Shown here piece by piece: positions 16,055 to 20,000 of a stretch of 20,000 nt of DNA. The notes beneath the pieces were generated by a model. That model did not search any database, was not told the DNA's origin, and saw only the letters and a program-made list of their open reading frames with translations. A program made the translations under genes and the position numbers. Numbering within the stretch: position 1 is the first letter of the stretch; every line of letters begins with the position of its first letter. The DNA is taken from the IMG/VR virus record IMGVR_UViG_3300008964_000003. One strand, 5' to 3'. The stretch comes from an uncultured virus (IMG/VR IMGVR_UViG_3300008964_000003) (lineage: Duplodnaviria; Heunggongvirae; Uroviricota; Caudoviricetes).

Positions 16055-16617
16055 TAACACTTAAGGAATACGGAGAAGATAACTTTATAAAAGAGTTAGC
16101 TCGTTTAAAGAACGAGTCTTACATATATGATAAGAAAAACTCTGATTGGTTCGATAACCTTCCAAATACTTATAAAGATAATAAGTTTTTAGATTGGTTT
16201 TTCTTATATGATGAAGATAGACCCGTTGCATTTGCTACTATTCAAAAATACTACGAAGGTTGCTATAGGATCTGCACTAGAACTTATATTTACAGGGATT
16301 ATCGCAGATTCACTCATCCTAAAAACGATATGGTATTTAGCCCATCACAGCACCTAGCACTTGCTCAAATGGATTATCTTAAACAATGGGATACAGTTTT
16401 TGTCTCTATGCAAGGATTAAAGAGAAAAAACAGTATACAAAGGTTCAAAAACAAGATAGAATATAGGAGTGGCTTAAGATGGGTTGTGCCTGATGGTATG
16501 TTCCAAACATGTGAACCGGTTTGCGATCCGGATTGTTATCAAAATATAGTATATAATGGTAAGCAGCCAAAGCTGAGTAAAATGGAAATTGAAACGTATA
16601 GGATTTTACATGGATAA
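15985..16617 (+). CDS. Hypothetical protein, possible GNAT-like fold
   Basis: FFLYDEDRPVAFATI..RICTRTYIYRDYR resembles GNAT beta3-beta4/motif A. Start uncertain (possibly 16012). Confidence 0.5.
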   Translation: MANWKEVVRMGPSGLVYSIDPKVITLKEYGEDNFIKELARLKNESYIYDKKNSDWFDNLPNTYKDNKFLDWFFLYDEDRPVAFATIQKYYEGCYRICTRTYIYRDYRRFTHPKNDMVFSPSQHLALAQMDYLKQWDTVFVSMQGLKRKNSIQRFKNKIEYRSGLRWVVPDGMFQTCEPVCDPDCYQNIVYNGKQPKLSKMEIETYRILHG

Positions 16618-17254
16618 GAAATACCTCATCGAAACTACCAAAAGAATGAGGGTAGGTGGAACTGGGCCAAAACGTCACCAACTCAAATTCTTTGAGAAGC
16701 TCGGTAAAGTTCCTCAGTTCATGGTCGATGAACTTAACGAAATTCTAGATGCAGAACCCCAAAACGATATCGGTGGGGATGTATATGGAATTAGTCAAGC
16801 TATCGACTATAAGCAAGTTTTTGATACGAGCGGATATCGTCAGCTGTTAGTTCAAACAAAACCTCCTGAAGAGATTGGAGTCGATGTTGATGAATATCGT
16901 TATACATATTGGACTAAAGAAGTAAAAGCTAAACAATTTCTAGAATCATATTTCACAAACATTTATCGTTTCAGAATGAGTGAAATGAGTAATGCGCATC
17001 AACTAAATTGGCATATCGATAGCTGTACAAGCTATATGTGTAGAGCCCAAATTTGCTTGAATGAAAACGATTCAGTATTTGAGTTTAGAGGACGAGATGG
17101 AACTATTCATAGTTTTCAAATGGAAATAGGCGATCTTTGGTTTATTAATACCGGTTGGAACCATCGCGTAGTGACCGGTGAAATTCCACGTAGAGTAGCT
17201 ATTTTTGGTTATCATTTTGATAACGTAATCGATCAAAGCAAATTTTATATCTGA
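16610..17254 (+). CDS. Asp/Asn beta-hydroxylase-like Fe/2OG oxygenase (cupin)
   Basis: RFRMSEM..LNWHID (HxD), GDLWFINTGWNHRV, R-x-x-I. ATG at 16610 with AGGA RBS is preferred over TTG at 16589. Confidence 0.7.
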   Translation: MDKKYLIETTKRMRVGGTGPKRHQLKFFEKLGKVPQFMVDELNEILDAEPQNDIGGDVYGISQAIDYKQVFDTSGYRQLLVQTKPPEEIGVDVDEYRYTYWTKEVKAKQFLESYFTNIYRFRMSEMSNAHQLNWHIDSCTSYMCRAQICLNENDSVFEFRGRDGTIHSFQMEIGDLWFINTGWNHRVVTGEIPRRVAIFGYHFDNVIDQSKFYI

Positions 17255-17264
17255 GGAATATATT

Positions 17265-17399
17265 ATGACAACTAAAGACGCTATCGAATTGATCTATGAA
17301 TCTGTTTCTAAAAAATATGGAATTTCAGTTAATGAAGTAAAACGTCGAGCCGTGTCTGGTGATAGACTTGTAAGTAATTTTAGCGAAGGCAAACATTAA
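17265..17399 (+). CDS. Small 44-aa hypothetical protein (not in ORF track)
   Basis: GAGGA RBS; MTTKDAIELIYESVSKKYGISVNEVKRRAVSGDRLVSNFSEGKH; TAATG overlap with the next gene. Confidence 0.65.
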   Translation: MTTKDAIELIYESVSKKYGISVNEVKRRAVSGDRLVSNFSEGKH

Positions 17400-18241
17400 T
17401 GAATAAGCTAACTAAGATTGCAATTATTGGTTATGGGTTTGTAGGTAAAGCTGTAGAGTTTGGGTTTAAAAACACATCTAACGATATTATGATCGTGGAT
17501 CCTTATAAAGGCTTTCACGATATGGATGATTTGGAAGCATATGTCCCAGATGTTACTTTTGTATGTGTGCCTACCCCAATGGGGAATGATTCCTCCGGGA
17601 TTGATGCCAACATCATTAGGGAAGTAATTCTAAAGCTTGAACAATTTCCAAGTGGTATGGTAGTAATTAAATCGACTATTACGCCTGATCTGGCTGAAGA
17701 GTTTACCAGATATAAGCGTTTTGTATATAACCCAGAATTTTTGACTGAACGTAATTCCTATGATGAGTTTTTGAATCCTGAATTCCATATTCTGGGTGGA
17801 GATATTGAAGTATGTAAGAAAGTTGAAAACCTTTATAATTATAACTCAAATTGTAATCCCGCTAAAGCATATTTCATGACACCTGCAGAAGCAAGTCTCG
17901 TAAAATATGGCATTAACTCATTTCTAGCTTCTAAAGTTGTATGGTTCAATCAATGGAAAGATATGGTAGAATCAATCGGTGGAAGATACAATGTAGTGGC
18001 TAGTGCTATAGCTAAAGACCCGCGGATTGGCCCTTCACATACTAAAGTACCTGGATTTGATGGGAAAAAAGGTTACGGTGGAAGTTGTTTCCCAAAAGAC
18101 ACATATGCAATCTGGGATTTTGGGTTTGATAACCTCAGCATTTTAGGTGAAGTCATCAGGGCAAACAACCAATATAGAAGTCATTATGAACTGGATGATC
18201 GTGAAAAAGAACAAAATATTTTTTACAAAAAGCACATTTAA
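17399..18241 (+). CDS. UDP-glucose/GDP-mannose dehydrogenase family protein (lacking C-terminal domain)
   Basis: GYGFVG Rossmann motif; FVCVPTP; VIKSTI.P; NPEFL.E; A.LVKY..NSFLA.KV; DPRIG; GYGGSCFPKD catalytic Cys. Confidence 0.9.
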   Translation: MNKLTKIAIIGYGFVGKAVEFGFKNTSNDIMIVDPYKGFHDMDDLEAYVPDVTFVCVPTPMGNDSSGIDANIIREVILKLEQFPSGMVVIKSTITPDLAEEFTRYKRFVYNPEFLTERNSYDEFLNPEFHILGGDIEVCKKVENLYNYNSNCNPAKAYFMTPAEASLVKYGINSFLASKVVWFNQWKDMVESIGGRYNVVASAIAKDPRIGPSHTKVPGFDGKKGYGGSCFPKDTYAIWDFGFDNLSILGEVIRANNQYRSHYELDDREKEQNIFYKKHI

Positions 18242-18243
18242 CT

Positions 18244-18273
18244 GTTTACAAATGATTTCATATGGCGTATTGT
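18244..18273 (+). promoter_or_regulatory. T4-type early promoter
   Basis: GTTTACA, 17-bp spacer, TATTGT (18268-18273). Confidence 0.65.
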
Positions 18274-18299
18274 AATCATATGAAATGGAGACAAACACT

Positions 18300-18458
18300 A
18301 TGAACATGTACACTCGTCAAATCGCAGAACTTCTTAAGATTGACCTTGAAACTGCTGCAAAAGTTCAGTACGAAATGGAATGCTGGGGTTTGGACTTTTC
18401 GGAATGCTCCAAGCGTGAATTCAATATGGTGGCACGTGAGTGCTTCGAACTGGTATAA
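18300..18458 (+). CDS. Small 52-aa early hypothetical protein (not in ORF track)
   Basis: GGAG RBS; MNMYTRQIAELLKIDLETAAKVQYEMECWGLDFSECSKREFNMVARECFELV; its stop overlaps the AAGGAG RBS of the next gene. Confidence 0.7.
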   Translation: MNMYTRQIAELLKIDLETAAKVQYEMECWGLDFSECSKREFNMVARECFELV

Positions 18459-18470
18459 GGAGAATATATT

Positions 18471-19442
18471 ATGGCACATGAACTTGAATTTGTTGACGGT
18501 AAAGCTCAAATGGCTTATGTTGGTGATGTACCTTGGCACGGTCTTGGTACTTTGGTTTCGAATGATCTGACTCCAGGTCAGATGATGAAAGCTGCCGGTG
18601 TTGACTGGCGCGTTCAGGAAGTTGAGTCTTTCATCGAGTATAATGGTGAAAAGCGTAAAACTGGTCAGAAGTCGCTTGTGCGTGAAACTGACGGTAAAAT
18701 CCTGACCAACGTCGGTGAAAACTGGAACCCTGTTCAAAATGAACAAGCTTTTGAATTTTTCAATGAGTACGTTCTTGCGGGTGATATGGAAATGCATACC
18801 GCAGGATCGCTTAAAGGCGGTAACTATGTTTGGGCTCTTGCTAAAGTAAAAGAATCATTTGACCTCTTTGGTGGAGATCAAGTTGACTCATATATGCTTT
18901 TTAGCAATCCACATGTTTATGGCAAGTCAATCGATATCCGTTTTACGCCAATTCGAGTAGTATGCAACAATACTCTGACATTTGCTCTTAACTCACAAGC
19001 ACAACGTGCCGTAAAAGTTGGTCACCGCACTGCGTTTGATGCTGATACTGTCAAGGCTACTATGGGTATTGCTCATGAGAAATTTGCTAAGTACAAAGAA
19101 CTGGCTCAGTTCCTCGGACAAAAGCGATTTTCTGTTGACTCTCTGATGCAGTATTACAATGAAGTGTTCCCACTTACATCTGGTCAAACAAAGCAAGAGG
19201 AAGTAAACGCTGATACTATCTCTCGCATGGCAAAGCAGGCATATAGCGTTCTCGAAACACAGCCAGGTGCAGAGTTTGCCGAAGGTTCATGGTGGCAAGC
19301 ATTTAACTCGGTTACATATGTAACTGATCACCTTCAAGGTCGTAATGCTGATAACCGCCTCCATAGCCAGTGGTTTGGGTCTAACCAACTCCGCAAAATC
19401 AAAGCTGCAGAAAAGGCTGTAGAATACGCTCTAGCGGCTTAA
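18471..19442 (+). CDS. DUF932 / LGT_TIGR03299-family phage-plasmid protein
   Basis: MAHE...MAY.G.VPWHGLG; PVQN..AF.FF; TAGSLKGG..VWALA; TPIRVVCNNTL; W.AFN.VT...DH. Confidence 0.88.
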   Translation: MAHELEFVDGKAQMAYVGDVPWHGLGTLVSNDLTPGQMMKAAGVDWRVQEVESFIEYNGEKRKTGQKSLVRETDGKILTNVGENWNPVQNEQAFEFFNEYVLAGDMEMHTAGSLKGGNYVWALAKVKESFDLFGGDQVDSYMLFSNPHVYGKSIDIRFTPIRVVCNNTLTFALNSQAQRAVKVGHRTAFDADTVKATMGIAHEKFAKYKELAQFLGQKRFSVDSLMQYYNEVFPLTSGQTKQEEVNADTISRMAKQAYSVLETQPGAEFAEGSWWQAFNSVTYVTDHLQGRNADNRLHSQWFGSNQLRKIKAAEKAVEYALAA

Positions 19443-19448
19443 AACTTA

Positions 19449-19485
19449 GAGGGGAGTTTACAGCTCCCCTCCTTTATGATACTAT
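19449..19485 (+). promoter_or_regulatory. Early promoter whose -35 sits in a stem-loop (PeSL-like)
   Basis: GAGGGGAG-tttacag-CTCCCCTC hairpin; TTTACA 19457-19462, 17-bp spacer, TGa-TACTAT 19480-19485. Confidence 0.75.
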
Positions 19486-19494
19486 GGATATATT

Positions 19495-19680
19495 ATGAAA
19501 TATACACACCCAAATCAAGATCATGTCTACTATGTATCGAAACATATGTACGGCGGCCGAGTTCAGGAATATTCAAATGGAACTATTCCTGGTAAGAAAC
19601 TAGAGCTTAACGAAGATCAATTCGAAAGCTTTTTGAATATGCTAGAAAGGAATGGTTGGAATGAATCAGCGTACAGGTAA
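19495..19680 (+). CDS. Hypothetical early protein
   Basis: 61 aa ORF directly after the promoter, with GGA RBS. Confidence 0.6.
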   Translation: MKYTHPNQDHVYYVSKHMYGGRVQEYSNGTIPGKKLELNEDQFESFLNMLERNGWNESAYR

Positions 19681-19879
19681 ATCTCACCGAGCAGCTCTTG
19701 GTGATGGCATGGCAGATATGAAGCTCAAGCTGTTCTTTAGAGATTGTGCCGCTGTCTTGGATGAAAATGGCCATGGAGATGCTGCATTTTACTTTGAACA
19801 AATTGTAGAGCATATTATGTCAGGCAAATCACTTCCAAATGATAACAAACATGAAGTAGCAAGAATTCTAGGTGTATAA
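19661..19879 (+). CDS. Hypothetical early protein
   Basis: ORF MNQRTGKSHRAAL...; start at 19652 or 19661. Confidence 0.65.
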   Translation: MNQRTGKSHRAALGDGMADMKLKLFFRDCAAVLDENGHGDAAFYFEQIVEHIMSGKSLPNDNKHEVARILGV

Positions 19880-19896
19880 TTCTTTTAATAAAGATG

Positions 19897-19926
19897 AAAA
19901 AGGGGAGTTTACAGCTCCTCTTTTTT
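19897..19926 (+). terminator. Terminator hairpin with GTTTACA -35 in loop (second PeSL-like copy)
   Basis: AAAAAGGGGAG-tttacag-CTCCTCTTTTTT; shares AGGGGAGTTTACAGCTCC with 19450-19467. Confidence 0.75.
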
Positions 19927-20000
19927 AGTATATGAGGTTGTGTTGATAAGGAGATACATCCGCTACCAATATCTCCAAAAAATTTAAATAAAATGAAAAA

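Noticed and set aside
2610..18570. Alternate-frame + strand ORFs (2610, 4057, 5520, 6073, 7216, 10288, 13293, 18340)
   Set aside because: They are nested within or overlap recognisable genes. At 18340 the 18300-18458 frame has the better RBS and packing.
1570..19813. Minus-strand ORFs in the track (e.g. 1570-1992, 5064-5600, 5883-6389, 10501-10896, 11230-11607, 18276-18797)
   Set aside because: They are antisense shadows of well-supported + strand genes, with no recognisable motifs or RBS.
1..20000. CRISPR array, introns, inteins, homing endonucleases or integrase
   Set aside because: No regularly spaced repeats were seen; the helicase and thyX have normal uninterrupted lengths; no recombinase or endonuclease motifs beyond UvsX and the SNase-like gene.

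Overview
This window comes from a T4-like (myovirus) phage genome, probably infecting a marine alphaproteobacterium; every credible gene is on the + strand. The left part is T4 core replication: the end of uvsX, a gp40-like gene and the gp41 helicase, interrupted by metabolic insertions, followed by thyX, a SleB-type cell-wall hydrolase and a dNMP kinase. At about 6.3-6.7 kb lies a complete circularly permuted, two-piece alphaproteobacterial-type tmRNA (tag ANENFAPTGYALAA). Its 155-nt intervening segment unusually carries an RBS and a protein-coding ORF that has no stop codon until inside the tmRNA coding piece. Next come a mini outer-membrane beta-barrel and a late-promoter operon of five secreted proteins resembling an usher-less pilin/chaperone system, then lipase, nuclease and membrane genes. 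A tailoring-enzyme island follows (carbamoyltransferase, two SGNH-like proteins, desaturase, GNAT-like protein, hydroxylase, UDP-sugar dehydrogenase). The window ends in early-promoter cassettes that include a DUF932 protein ending in an ssrA-like YALAA degron. All family assignments come from motif recognition by eye; no database search was run.
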